Shown here piece after piece: positions 12,730 through 25,169 of a DNA stretch of 47,489 nt (position 1 is its first letter; each line of letters starts with the position of its first letter). The stretch lies in assembly GCF_004010195.1 (NCBI RefSeq), contig NC_057718.1, forward strand, positions 74,281,604-74,329,092, given 5' to 3'. The DNA comes from Chiloscyllium plagiosum. Lineage: Eukaryota. The position numbers and the translations under genes are program-made. Below the pieces are notes generated by a model. The model worked only from the letters and a program-made list of their open reading frames with translations, was not told the DNA's origin and did not search any database.

Positions 12730-13590
12730 CTCAGATGCAGGGTGTCTCTGTCCGAATTCCACAGTTAGTGTCTGATGCCCAAATATCTTTAGCTGCATCA
12801 TCAATGATCTTCTGTTTAACACAAGGCCATGAATGGGGAGGTTCACTGATGATTGCACTGTGTTCAACACAATTTACAATTTATAATATAATACAATTCA
12901 GTATTCTTTACAACTTCTCAAATACCGAATCAGTCCACGCTCATATGCAGCAGCAAACCTGGACCCTATTTAGGTGTGGTCTGTGAAGTAGCAAGCAACA
13001 TGTAGCCATATACATTCCATGCAACGATTGTGCCCAGCAAGAAAACATCTCCATCCTTGATATTCAAGGATATTACCATTGCTGAATCCCTCACTATCAA
13101 CATCCTGGAGCTTACCATTGACCACATAATCAGAGATTTTTGCAGTGAGTAATTCACCTCCTGAGTTCCCAAAGCTTGACCACCATATACAACCTACAAG
13201 TCAGGAGTGTGATGGAGTATTCCCACTTGCTTGTTCGATTGCCCCAAGAGGCACCCCAAGAGAAAGCACCCTGTTTGATTTACACTCTGCCTACCATGTT
13301 AAATATTAGGTTTTTCTGTTGCCAAGACGATCTGGAAGATGCACTGTGGCAACTCACCAGGGCTCCTTCAAAACTATTTTGTAAACGGCATAAAAGAACA
13401 AGTTGTTCCTTCAATGTCACTGGATCAAAAGACTTGAATTTCCTTGCCATCGGCACTGTCCGTGCATCTGTGACAGATAGATTGCAATGGTTCAAGACCA
13501 TGACTCACCACCAGAGTTTCAGGTGCAGTTACGATGGACAATAAATTTTAGCCTAGCCAAACTGTACCAACAGTTCATGCATGACTGAAA
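12730..13590 (+). mobile_element. Degraded LINE of the CR1/L2 superclade (different family), RT C-terminus and 3' UTR
   Basis: An FTDDC-like motif (ttcactgatgattgc), an INILELTID-like segment, TIYNLQVRSVMEYS (ORF 13176-13544), and a 3' tail resembling that of the SINE at 18185-18805. Confidence 0.7.
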
Positions 13591-13954
13591 AACATTGTGG
13601 TTTTCTTACTCTTGAATCTTATGCATGAAATAGGTGTTTTACTATATCTTAATGCTCGGATAGTTCGCTTTCATCTTCCCATTCTCCAGAGGTTAAAATC
13701 CTGGAGTTGACAGTTATGACCACAGACCAGTCATTTTGTCAGAATGGACTGTGACCAAAACGTTTGTATAAGCTCATATGTAACCTGTTTTAAGTTTGAG
13801 TGCTTTGATTTAAACATAATCAGCTGTAGAACTTTGCTTAAACAAGATTCTAAAAAAAAGTTTATTACACAAATATTTCTGCAAGTTATTTAAGTGAAAA
13901 TTGATAAAATAAGGTACAGATTTTTAAAATAGATAACGATAAAAGTTATGTAGG

Positions 13955-14885
13955 AAGAGCGGCAACAACAGCATAACACAGCAGAGAGAAATTGGGAGTG
14001 AACATCGACTGGAGCTACCAGACAAATGGTGCCAGTCAGTGCAGCAACGTCAGCAGAGCACAGCAGAGTGGAACTGAGTCCAGAGACGGAGCTCCGGTGG
14101 TGATGTCACAACTGAAAAAGTAGTGTAGGCTTGGCTGCTGAGGAACCAGGTCTAGAGACTGAGTGACTGGGGCTAGGAGGGAGCTAGGATAGAAAGTATT
14201 TACTTTTGTTATCATAGCTTGTTAAAAATAGAGGGTGAGATTTTAGTGAGTAGTGAGTAAGGTTGTGTAATTATTGTCTGTGGTTGATAAGATTCAAAAT
14301 TGCAGGAGAACTCGGCCTCATGGAATGCTCCTCTTAATGAGAAATCAGGGATATTTCCATTATTCATGGTGACTATATATGTGAAGAACACATGTTCAGC
14401 TCCAACTCTTGATTTGTCACATGGAGTGCCTGAGCTGCTGATTGACTCACTATGGATCACCCGTGAGGCTGAGAATATCATGGATAACACATTTATCGGG
14501 TTGTTAAGACAGATCAGTGGATGCCATGTTTGCTAAAATGCTTTCTGCAAAATGTTGGGTGACAGAAAAATGTTGGGCAACTGCCATGGAAACTAGTGAG
14601 CATCTCCAGGCCATACAGGGGACCCCTGTGTCCATTTCCCTCTCAAATGGATATACTATTTTGGATGCTGTTAGTGGGCAGCATCTGTCAGCGGAAAGCA
14701 ACAGTAGCAGCCAGATCAATGGCACCATGGCTGCCTCTGTTGTGCAGCAGGGAGGGTCGAAGTATAGGTGAGCAGACATACAGGGGACTCGTTAGTCAGG
14801 GGGACAGAAAGGCATTTCTATGACTATGAGTGAGACTCCAGGGTGGTGCGTTACCTCCATAGTACTATGGTCAAAGATATGATGA
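13955..14885 (+). mobile_element. CR1 5' UTR and ORF1 (esterase-type) remnant
   Basis: QGTPVSISLSNGYTILDAVSG and GDSLVRGTERHF (ggggactcgttagtcagggggacagaaaggcatttc) match the SGNH/GDSL esterase motif of CR1 ORF1. Confidence 0.8.
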
Positions 14886-15844
14886 CTTTTGTAGTGAAAT
14901 AGTTGGAGGTTTCTCCCACAAGTGATTAGGATTAAAGAACTAGGTAGCTCATGGGAATAGAACTACTTTCGGTGCCGGTGATAAACACTGACAGGGACTG
15001 TTAAGCCCGTATGGTCGATTTTAATGTTGTGATTTCTATTTAATGGCAAAGGATAATAAATGCCAATTTATATAGTATTTCTTTGAGCTAATGCCTCTGC
15101 TCCACTGACTCCCCTGCTCACACTCTGACTCTAATATCTCCCCAAAACTGGATTCTTTCTTGTCTAGCATCAGGTCCTAGTCAGCTTCATGGGCAGGAAA
15201 TGTTGCAGGCAGTCAAATTATAGACATCTGAAACTGGGAATGCAACCTGGAAGGCATATCTATTTCAATAACAGGAGGAATTGGACAAATCCTTTAATCG
15301 GGGAAAATGTTGCAGGATGGAGAAAGGTAGAATGACACTTAATTGAATAGCCCCTTATCCGTGACCAACACAATTATGATGAGTTGAATGGTATCCCTTG
15401 TGTTGCATTCTTGTATGATACCTCTAAATTGTGTGTTCTACTCCAGGGCAAAGTTCTGATTATCCTGCAACAAGAACTGGAGTTTGTTTTGATGTGGTAA
15501 ATTCGGAGTGATTTGTTCTTGATCATGAGCTGGCTCTCCAGTGCAAATGACTGCACACAAATGGACTATAGGATCCAAAGTGCATCAAGAAGACATTTGA
15601 TGGAGGCCAACATTGGAGAAAGATAACAAAATGTAACAGGTGTGCAGTTCACAAGAGTGAGGTAAACTAGTTCTTGGCAATGATACAAGACTTTAATACT
15701 AAGGAAGTGAAATCAATACTCTAAATAATTATGAGTTAAAGTTCAGCGATACAGAGGCATTTTTTTCCAAACCGTGTTCCAGTACAGTTAGTTTTTGGGG
15801 TTTTTTACTGATAAATAGTATAGCTATTCAGTTAAATTCTTGTT

Positions 15845-16125
15845 TTAGATTAGATTCCCTACGGTATGGAAACAGGCCCTTCTGCCCAACCAGTCCACAC
15901 CGACCCTCTGAAAAGTAACCCACCCAGGCCCATTTCTCCTCTGACTAAAGCACCTAACACTATGGGCAATGTAGCAAGGCCAATTCACCTAACCTACACA
16001 TCTTTGGACTGTGGGAGGAAACCAGAGCATCCAGAGGAAACCTGCACAGACATGGGGCAAACTCCACACAGACAGAATCGAACTTGGGACGCTGGTGCTG
16101 TGAGACAACAGTGCTAACCACTGTG
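15845..16125 (-). mobile_element. HE1-type SINE
   Basis: ttagattagatt tail, ggaaacaggccc core, and the reverse-complemented tRNA head (gtgctaaccactgtg). Confidence 0.9.
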
Positions 16126-16739
16126 GTGGCTTTGAATTGGATTTGGAGTACTTGCTGCATTTATATTATGAACTGGAGCCATGAGGAGTATTTACAACAT
16201 CTGTTGGACTCTTACATCTGTGTCTTGGTATGTTTGATTACATTTTTAAATGGAAACAGAGTTGGCATTATAGTGTCACAACTATTACAACTTCACAAAG
16301 GTGCTTTTTTTAGTTGCTGAAGTACTTTTGTCGTCAATTTTGTCATTATCCTTATGTTATCTTCCCTTATTCAAAATTACTATGATAATGGCACAGTTTC
16401 AGTTTACTGATATGTCAAACAAGTTTACTTAACAAACAAACTGATAACTTTCAGTAGGAGAAACTTATGCACACACCCTTAGAGAAGCATGCTGCTGCTT
16501 GGACTCTTAATGGCTGCTGATTAAGTGGTGCTATCCTGCTCCTTGGCTCATTTGTGTACTGAACTCTTGAAATAGTAACAGAATATTCCCTTTTTTTTTG
16601 AACATAAAATGACATGCACTGAGAGTAAAAATATGTACATTAGATAGTTGCAAAATTATTTACACAGAAGCAAGAATTGTAAAAATTAAGAGTTTATGAG
16701 TCTAAGAGTCTGCATAATGTATGTACAGGTGGTATAACA

Positions 16740-18110
16740 ATCCCTTCCAAATCGTCTGATGGCATAGCCTTGTGGAATTCTAGAATTCACATTTGATCGT
16801 TCCTGACTTGTATATGTGATGTTTTTTTACATGTTGTTAATGTTCTTTGTTTTCATGATGATCTTCCATGCCTTTGTCATCTGAGCGCAGCTGGGTTTGT
16901 CCTATATACAGTTGGAGTACTGTACAGCTCTCTGAGTTGGCTTCTGTTTCTCCTTAATATTGCTGCATTAGATGCTGTGACTTTGTAAGATCTATGCTTA
17001 AGGCATACATTGAATACCTCTGTGGGTAACCATTTTTTTGTGTTGGCTATTTGACTCTGACCTTCTGTACTACATTCAGATTAGATGGTTTCATACCTAT
17101 ATGTCAATCATTAATCTCTCATGATCCTCTCCTCCTTGATTTTTGAAAAGCTTGCTCTATACTTTTAAGAACTTAGGTGATGACTTTGCAGACTTGCTCA
17201 AAAGTGCCTTCCAAGCAAAATCCCTGCTGTTGACAATAAGCCCTGAGATGTGATTCTTTTACATAGTATAGCAATATGGAGATCCTGTTTTGTTGCCTTG
17301 AGTTTCAAATACTTTCATAGTGGTAAACTTTTGCTTGGTGAGACCATTGATTCTACAATAATAAGGTGAGGCTGTCAACTAGTTTACAGCCCATTTGGCA
17401 CACATGTCCCTAAAAGGCTTGCCTATGTATTGTGTGTTGTTGCCAGGTGTGATCTCTTCAGGTATCCTGAATAGACTGAATATTGCACTTGTTGTGGGTG
17501 GGTTGCGCTTCGGCGGGTCAGTGTGGACTTGTTGGGCTAAAGGGCCTGTTTCCACACTGTAAGTAATCTGAAGTAATCTAAAGGTTCTGTATGTAGCTGT
17601 GATTTGTGACTCTGGTACACCTTGTACATCCTCACTGTCTTAATATCATTGTTAATCCCTGACTAATACATTGTATCCTTCACCGGGTTTTTCTTTGTTT
17701 GCTCTACACCCATATGTTCCTGATCTGGCTTTGACAAAGTGTCCTACTGAAAAGCTTCAAGAACCAAACTTTAAAGAATCAAGAATGGTACCTTGTCAGA
17801 GAAGTTTGTTATATTTGATGTTATGAAGTTAAAAAAAGATCTGAGTCATCACTGCAGGTTTTCTATATCTTGTGAAATTGGCATGTATCATACATCTTGA
17901 ACTTTTATGTTTGGGAACCAATCCCTTAAACCTGAATAGATAAACCCAAAAAACATTGACCTCATTTCGGTTGTCCTTTATGACAAGCTGCTACGATCAG
18001 CAAGTGTAGATTTCAGTCATGCTCCTTTTTGGTTTTATCCTTCACTTCAAATTCATCTGCAGTGTGTTCACCTGAAGAAATACTTCCTAGATCAGATTCT
18101 AAGTGACAAA
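16740..18110 (-). mobile_element. Gypsy/Ty3 LTR-retrotransposon pol (integrase) relic
   Basis: Minus translation of 17335-17462 gives PEEITPGNNTQYIGKPFRDMCAKWAVN*LTASPYYCRINGLTK, a decayed rve core (PEEIxSDNGPQY...SSPYYPQSNGLAE). 17610-17720 resembles the H2C2 zinc-binding region (KDTMY*SGINNDI). Outer limits are approximate. Confidence 0.75.
17495..17581 (+). mobile_element. HE1-type SINE 3' fragment inserted in the Gypsy relic
   Basis: tgggtgggttgcgcttcggcgggtcagtgtggacttgttgggctaaagggcctgtttccacactgtaagtaatct is nearly identical to 46858-46930. Confidence 0.9.
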
Positions 18111-18184
18111 TCAAAAATATCTTCCAGAGAAAGTTATGATTTTGTGAGATTCCTCTGCAGAGCAAGCCATTTAAAAAAAAACTA

Positions 18185-18805
18185 ATTCACAGAATGTGTA
18201 CATCACTGGCTAAGACAGCATTTATTGCTCATCCTTAATTGCTCAGAGGGCAGTAAAAGCCAACTATACGTAGATCATAGAACATAGAACAACACAGTGC
18301 AGAACAGGCCCTTGATGTTGCGCCGGCCTGTGAACTAATCTAAGCTCATCACCCTACACAATCCCATCATCCATGTGCTTATCCAAGGACTGTTTAAATG
18401 CCCCTAATGAGGCTGAGTTAACTACATTGACAGGCAGAGCATTCCACGCCCTTACCACACTCTGAGTAAAGAAGCTGTCCCTAACATCTGTCTTAAATCT
18501 ATCACCCCTCAATTTGAAGCTATACCCCCTCATACAAGCAGATGTCATCATCCACACTGCTGTGGATCTGGAGTCACATGCAGACCAGACCAGGGTAAGG
18601 TTAGCAGTTTCCTTCCATAAAAGACACTCTTGAACCAGATGGGTTTTCCAGGCAATTAGGGATGGTTTCATGGCCATCATTCGACTCTTAATTCCAGATT
18701 TGTTTGAAAAAGCAAAATCCATCACCTGCTTTGGCAGAATTCAAACCTGGCACCCCAGAACATGAACTGGGTATCGGAATTAAAGTTTAAGTGACAATAC
18801 CACTC
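18185..18805 (-). mobile_element. tRNA-derived SINE (SacSINE1/Deu-like) split by a CR1 3' fragment
   Basis: A reverse-complemented B-box-like gaattcaaacc lies at about 18737, with a conserved body ctggagtcacatgcagaccagaccagggtaagg. The tail gcatttattgctcatccttaattgc is on the other side of the CR1 insert. Confidence 0.65.
18277..18551 (-). mobile_element. CR1 3' end
   Basis: catagaacatagaac tail; ORF 18354-18725 includes RGYSFKLRGDRFKTDVRDSFFTQSVVRAWNALP. Confidence 0.9.
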
Positions 18806-19079
18806 GATGATCATCTTCCCCCATACTTGATGTTCAGTTTGGAAAAGAATTTAGCTTTGGTGAGTTTGGAGTTCATTCCTCTAATTTTGGAATTTTGTGT
18901 GGCCATCTCTATAGAGAAAGGTTTAGATGTCTTGGGTCTAAAATGGCCTGATTGTGCCATCTTTTTGCAGCATATGATAGAATATCAGTAGTCTATGTGT
19001 TGAGTGATAATCCATTCCCTATAATTCAATTCATTCTTAAGCTTTTCTCACATAGTTTTAGTCTCCCCACCTAAAAAAA

Positions 19080-20390
19080 AGCATATTTGCCATAGAGGGC
19101 ATGGAGGTTCACTAGGCTGATACCAAGTCTGTCATATGAGGGAGATTGATTTTACTGGGCCTGTATTCACAAGAGTTTAAAAGAAAGCGATCTGATTGAA
19201 ATGTGTAAAATATAACAGGGTGGTACAGAATCGATGCAAGGTCTGTGTTTCCAGTCCAGAACCAAGCACCACAGTCTCAGAATGAAGGGATAAGCCATTT
19301 AGGACTGAAATGAAGAAATATTTCTTCACTCAAAGGGTGGTCAACCTGTGGAATCTGCTACCAAAGAAATAAATTGATACATTTTTAGGTATTAAAGGCT
19401 TCAACGGCCATGGAGAGAAAGCAGAATATGATACGAAAGTCGGAGGAGTTGTTGACAATGATACGAAAGTCGGAGGAGTTGTTGACTATGATACGAAAGT
19501 CGGAGGAGTTGTTGACAGTGAGGAAGGATGTGGCAGGTTACAGCAGGATATAGAGAAGCTGCAGAGCTGGGCAGAAAGGTGGCAAATGGAATTCAATGTA
19601 GCTAAGTGTGAGGTGATTCACTTTGGGAACAATAACAAAAAGATGGGGTACTGGGCTAATAGTCGGATACTTGNNNNAAGTTTTCCTTCATTGAACGGGG
19701 TATTGAGTACAAGAGTTGGTAAATAATGATGCAGTTGTATAAGACTTTGGTGCGGCCGCATCTGGAATATTGTGTGCAGTTTTGGTTGCCATACTATAGG
19801 AAGGATGTGGAGGCACTGGAACGGGTGCAGAGGAGGTTTACCAGGATGTTGCCTGGTATGGAAGGAAGATCGTATGATGAAAGACTGAGACACTTGGGGC
19901 TGTTTTCATTAGAGAAAAGAAGGTTTAGGGGTGACTTGATTGAGGTGTACAAGATGATTAGGGGGTTAGATAGGGTTGACAGTGTGAACCTTTTCCCGCG
20001 TATGGAGTCGGGTATTACAAGAGGGCATAGCTATAAATTAAGGTGGGGGGGGTAGATATAGGACTGAAGTTAGGGGTAGGTTCTTCACTCAGCGGGTCGT
20101 AAGTTCATGGAATGCCCTGCCAGTAGCAGTGGTGGACTCTCCCTCTTTATGGGCATTTAAGCGGGCATTGGATAGGTATATGGAGGATAGTGGGTTAGTA
20201 TAGGTTAGGTGGACTTGGATCGGTGCAACATCGAGGGCCAAAGGGCCTGTACTGCGCTGTATGCTTCTATGTTCTATGTTCTATGTTCTAATATGACATT
20301 GAGATAGAAGATCAGTCAGTATTATATTGAATGTGAAACACATTGGGAAGGACTGAATAGCCTATTTCAGCTCCTAGTTTCTTTGCTTCT
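19080..20390 (+). mobile_element. Old CR1 3' region interrupted by the young CR1 at 19428-20289
   Basis: ttcttcactcaaagggtggtcaacctgtggaat (FFTQRVVNLWN). Its 3' UTR resumes at 20290. Confidence 0.75.
19428..20289 (+). mobile_element. Young CR1 LINE 3' portion with TSD aatatga and an assembly gap
   Basis: ORF 19726-20055 (LYKTLVRPHLEYCVQFW...), (CTATGTT)n tail, aatatga at 19425-19431 and 20290-20296, and nnnn at 19674-19677. Confidence 0.95.
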
Positions 20391-20431
20391 AACATTGCCT
20401 TTCAGCGATTGAGATAAATTTCAGAAGAAGA

Positions 20432-20900
20432 GAAAATAGGAGCAGGTATATAACATTCAGCCATTGAACTTGCTCTGTTATTCAACATGCTCATGGGTAA
20501 TCTTCCATCTCAATATCATGCACATGCTCTCTTCCCATATTCCTGGAGTCTTTAACAATCCATCTATTTATTTCTTAAATATATTCAGTGTTTTATCTCC
20601 ACAATCTTTCAAGCAGAGAATTCCATAGGTTCACCATCCTGAATGAAGAATTTGCTCCCCATGTCAATCTGACTGCGTAATCTGAGACCTGCGTAACTTG
20701 GGTCCCTTGATTTGGACCCAGGTCCAAGTGAAACTTGATTCCTCTGTGCAGTTTATGCAATTCTGTACAAATTTGATTTGATTCAATGAGATCTCCTCTC
20801 CTTCTTCTAAACTCCAGTAAATATTGGCCCTGCTGACCCAATCCCCCTTCATATGTTAACACTGCCGCCATCATTCTGTTGAACCTTCACTGCACTCCCT
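20432..20900 (-). mobile_element. Old CR1 3' end
   Basis: ORF 20593-20874 includes LEFRRRRGDLIE and RMVNLWNSL. Confidence 0.8.
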
Positions 20901-21159
20901 TAATGGCTGTGACAGCCGATCTCACCACTGCCTATGTTCTCTTGCCATGTGTGTTTCTGACAGTTGATCTATCCATCCGCCCATGGTCCCTCGCCCCAGG
21001 GATTGATTGTTATTCCGCTGCTGAACTTCAGCTTCTGGAAGCCATGCAATTAAAGTGTATGCTCTTATCAGGCTTGCCAGTTTGTTGTATCATGTTTCAG
21101 TTTGTTCATGACGGAGCTTTATTGCAAGGTATAGTCAACAAATGAAGAAGAAATATACT

Positions 21160-21381
21160 AGATTATAAAAGACTTATAAAAGGCTGCTGTCTCACTAGAG
21201 AGAGAGAGAGACATGCACACAGGCAGACAACAACTGGTGGTTTAACCTGAGAGTAATCACACCGCAAGTGAGGGGCAAAGGTTGACAAGGGGAGTCCTTC
21301 ATGATAAGCTCAGCCAGTGTAGGAATTAAACGTATGCTGCTGGCATCATCCTGCACCATAAATCAGCCAACTGAGTTAACC
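21160..21381 (-). mobile_element. tRNA-derived SINE (third family)
   Basis: The minus strand begins ggttaactcagttggctg (A-box-like), has a degenerate B box (gtttaattcc), and has a (TC)n tract near the 3' end. Confidence 0.6.
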
Positions 21382-21509
21382 AACAAGTATATTAGGAGTG
21401 GATTTGTGAAGTCAGTATTTTATAGAACAAGAAACATAGGAATCTATTCAGCACACTGTTGCCTTCCCTCTTTAAACAAGTTACATTTAACAAGAATGGC
21501 TGTCCCACA

Positions 21510-22108
21510 ATACAGTATAACACTACATTCTAGCAAAACCTCGCTAATAGAGAATTGCTTAATGGAAATAATGGGGCTGATGGGAAAATTAGGCTTAGGG
21601 CCAGACCAGCAAAACATAACACTCATGATCGCTTAAAAATCACCCAAACACCGAACGCAAAGTATGGCGCAGCTTGAATGAAGGTTGATATCATATTTGT
21701 TAACAAAACAAAAGTAAATTTAACACTGTACGTTTAAAAATTGTAAGAAAGCTGCTTTCTGTACAGTATGTCTCATAGAAAGCTGACATTGGTGCATTTC
21801 CAGAATGATGCAGAGATTTCAGCACAGACATCACACATGCACAGAACGACACAAAGACCGGCACTGATGTCATGCATGCGCAAATACCAGTGCATGTGCA
21901 CAAAGGCAAGAACATCTGCGCATACGCAGAACGGCACGGAGATTTCAGCGTGCAACTCGGTGCATGTGCAGAATGAAGCACATAAACTGATCCCCGCTGG
22001 AATTGCCAATGGAGGTAAGCATTCTCCAAAATACCGTTTCCTAATTCTTCAGTGAAGTTATAACCAAACTGTGTTGCAGAAACGTGCATTATCCCAGAAC
22101 TATCTCTA
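21510..22108. mobile_element. Probable Tigger/pogo-like non-autonomous DNA transposon (MITE)
   Basis: The ends tacagtataac... and ...cattatcccagaactatctcta resemble decayed TA-flanked CAG-initiated terminal inverted repeats. The interior has repeated tgcgcatgcgca-like palindromes. Confidence 0.5.
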
Positions 22109-22109
22109 C

Positions 22110-22900
22110 CAAAGCGATCATATCAATATGAACACAAGCTGGTATGAAAGCAAAACAATACCACTTTATTAGGAAATAAATTGCAATAATCTTTAGTACT
22201 AAGCAAACTGGCCCTAATCCTATTTGGCCCCTTAAGGTTCCAATACTTCCCAAGTCTCTTGTAAGTTTACACATTCACTGTCTCTGTGGCTCTGTCTCTG
22301 CACCTGTGAAGCTGCTTTCTTCCTCTCTCGCTCTGGATGGTCAGCTGCTCTCTGTCTCTTGCCATGCTGGTCTCCTTTGAAGGCCTCGGATGACTCCAGA
22401 GATTCTGAGAGTGGTTTCAAGAAAGTTTCCAAGAGAGAGGTTTGCAGGTGAACCCACTTTTTATACCTTTAAGATGAATTGCTGGAACTTTATGTGGTTC
22501 TGGCCAATCAGGGAGATATCCTTAATAGTTTGAAACAAGAGTCATTCATTTAGATAGCACAGTCCTGGCAATACCTTTGTGTAGCAGGATCTGGGGCCTT
22601 TCTGTCTGGGCTCTCCTTTGCTTAGTGGATAGGTTGCTGGGGGTGTCTATCCAAAATAATTGTTGTCTAATATCATATTGGTTTGCACTGTATGTGGTGT
22701 GTGGGTTTTTGTGATTTCAGAGTTTCACTTGGCCAGTGTACCCAGCATTCCTGGCTGTTTGGCCAAGCTGACAATCATTTTATGTTTTAGCTGCCAGGAA
22801 GCTGCTACACTATTGCATTCAGATAAACGTTTTGCAAGAGAAGGTCAATTAGTCATGGATAAGGTATCTCAGCCCATTCTGTCTGAGCCAGTCACCATGT
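22110..22900 (-). mobile_element. Possible LTR-like element
   Basis: Minus-strand TATA (ttttata, about 22459-22465) lies upstream of minus-strand AATAAA (tttatt, 22165-22170) in LTR-like order. Termini are not resolved. Confidence 0.35.
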
Positions 22901-23028
22901 ATCTATCTATTCTAGTTTCATTTTGTAGCATTTGGCCTTATGCTTCGCATGCACTGGTGTTTTAAGTGCTCAGCTATATAGTTCTTAAATGTCTCTTGAG
23001 CATTTTTGCCTCTATCACCCTTTCAGGC

Positions 23029-23651
23029 TGTAAGGGGGAAACTTGGATATTGTGTAAGTTAACCTGCAAATCCCCATGATTTTCCTGCTGGGATTGGAAT
23101 AAGATACAGAGTTTTAATTAACTCAATAACCAATAATCAAATAAATATTTAAGATTCATTTTCATTTATTCAAGTCAAGAAAGTGGTCAGCTTAAAAGTT
23201 AATTAAATTGCGTAAAGGCAGTTAGGCAGACAGAGTTTCTGTGAAATGCAATGTGGCTGAACCACCACTAACTCTGAAGCCTATCTGGAAATAGAATGTG
23301 AGGATATGACCCCATACCATGCCAAGAAAAATGGGTTTAGTCAAAGATGAGAATGAAGCACAGTATTCAGAGAGAAGATAGGATGGCACCTGGGAAGATA
23401 AGAATGGGGAGACCAGGAGTTATAGCCACCTTGTCACTGCTGGAATGTGTGAAAAACAAGGCGTTTGTCTTAAATAGATTTTGAGTAATGTACTGTCTAC
23501 ATGACTTTCAATATATCACCATCTGATGAATCCTCATTGAGTTATGGTGCTACTTCAGAATCTATTCTGGAGTAGACTGTCCCATCATCTCAATAAACAA
23601 CCTGTACCTTGAGATTCCTGAGATTATTTCATAAAATAATCAACCACAACA
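23029..23651 (+). mobile_element. 5' LTR of an LTR retroelement/ERV
   Basis: TG...CA termini (tgtaagggg...acaaca) and AATAAA at 23592-23597, immediately followed by a primer-binding site. Confidence 0.8.
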
Positions 23652-23652
23652 A

Positions 23653-23670
23653 TGGCATCATGAACAGAAT
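23653..23670 (+). promoter_or_regulatory. Primer-binding site complementary to the tRNA-Ser(CGA) 3' end
   Basis: tggcatcatgaacagaat matches the expected TGGCGTCACGAACAGGAT at 15 of 18 positions. Two of the three mismatches are CpG transitions. Confidence 0.75.
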
Positions 23671-24565
23671 GCTCACATTAGATTGTCAGAAATGTTCTGC
23701 ACAGGGATGAGTATATTTTATTGATGACATTAAGTGTAGTAAGCCTAGCAACAATTCGGGCGAGTATTGAAATATTTGGAAGCACTACTCAGGATAGGTG
23801 GTGCCGAAGAAACCCTTAGAGACGAGGCCAATTCTATGTTGAACAATCCGTGTCAGGGCTAAGGAAGTCAGACAAACCAAATCTGTACCAGACAAGGTCA
23901 GATCAACTCAGGACTACCATTCTAGGACCAAAGATAGAGTAGGCCATATCGGTGCTGGAGTAACCACGCTAGGGCTGGGGGATATTTGGGAAAGCCAGGT
24001 TGGTGCATGCAATGGAACCTTTCTTATCCAAAGTATAGGAACCGTACAAGCTTGAGAACTGACAGCACAGAGATGGGCAGGAGAATGCTTGTGGAAGGAA
24101 AGATAAAAAGGTTATGGACTTCGACTGGGGAACTGAGGGCTCCATCACAAGGTTCATAACAAGACAATTATTTAGGAAAATACAGAACATCAGTTGAGAC
24201 CTCGATAACAAGCTGGCAGAACAAGAACTGACAGCAAAAAGAAATTATAATAGTTACAGGTTCATACTTACAACTGGTAAGACAAATGTATAGAAAGATT
24301 CTGGGAAGGGGTTGGCTGATGGCCAAAGCTTGTAGTGAAGGGTGCAACCACCCCATATAATAAATCGCTATCAACAGCCGCCCATTTGCATGGGGTCATT
24401 AACCCGATGGCCCCCAGGACAATAACTATAAAACTAGTTGCTCCAGGAAATGGAAACATAAGAACAAGGAAATGGTCATTATTATATGTTTGCAATTGTG
24501 CAGATGAGTTAATGTTTACATGACATTAAACTGGAAGTCAGGGGCACCGGCTAGAGTCAGTGAGG
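23671..24565 (+). pseudogene. Degenerate gag-like region of the LTR element, truncated at the Penelope insertion
   Basis: It lies directly after the LTR and PBS, and has purine-rich coding-like runs with many stops. No diagnostic motif was recognised. Confidence 0.45.
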
Positions 24566-24572
24566 TTAAGGT

Positions 24573-25125
24573 AAAAGTCAAAAATCATTTGACACTGGGT
24601 TATAGTCCATCAGGTAAAACCGCAAGCTTTCAGAGTCCTGCTCCTTTCTCAGGCAGCTCGTGAGAGTGATTATATCAGACACAGAATTTATAAGTAAAAC
24701 AGCAAAGACTCATGTAACTTATGTGAATGGATTGAACAAACCAAGATGGCTATTAAGTCTTCAATCAGTGAGAATAGAGATGCAGATTTTGATTGATTAG
24801 TATGTAAATGATAGAATTTTTTTCAAGTCACTGCTCCCTAGATAACTTATCAATATAAAGGTGACATCTCAGCAGAGTGTGTGTGTTTGAGAGAGGGTGC
24901 ATGAGTATGAGTGCGTGTGCATGTGTGTTAGTGTGAGTGTGTATGTGTATAAGAGAAGGTCTGTGAGCATGCGTATGGGAGAGGGTTTGTGTCAGAATGC
25001 ATTTGTATATGTGTCCATATGTGTGAATGTGCATGTGAGTGTACTTAAAAGAGAGTGTGCTTGAGAGAGTGTATGTGCGCGTGTGTGTATGAGAGAGGGT
25101 CTCTGTGATTGTATATTTGTGTCCA

Positions 25126-25169
<44 letters not shown>

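Noticed and set aside
19674..19677. Internal deletion in the young CR1
   Set aside because: It coincides with an nnnn assembly gap, so the missing sequence is probably technical.
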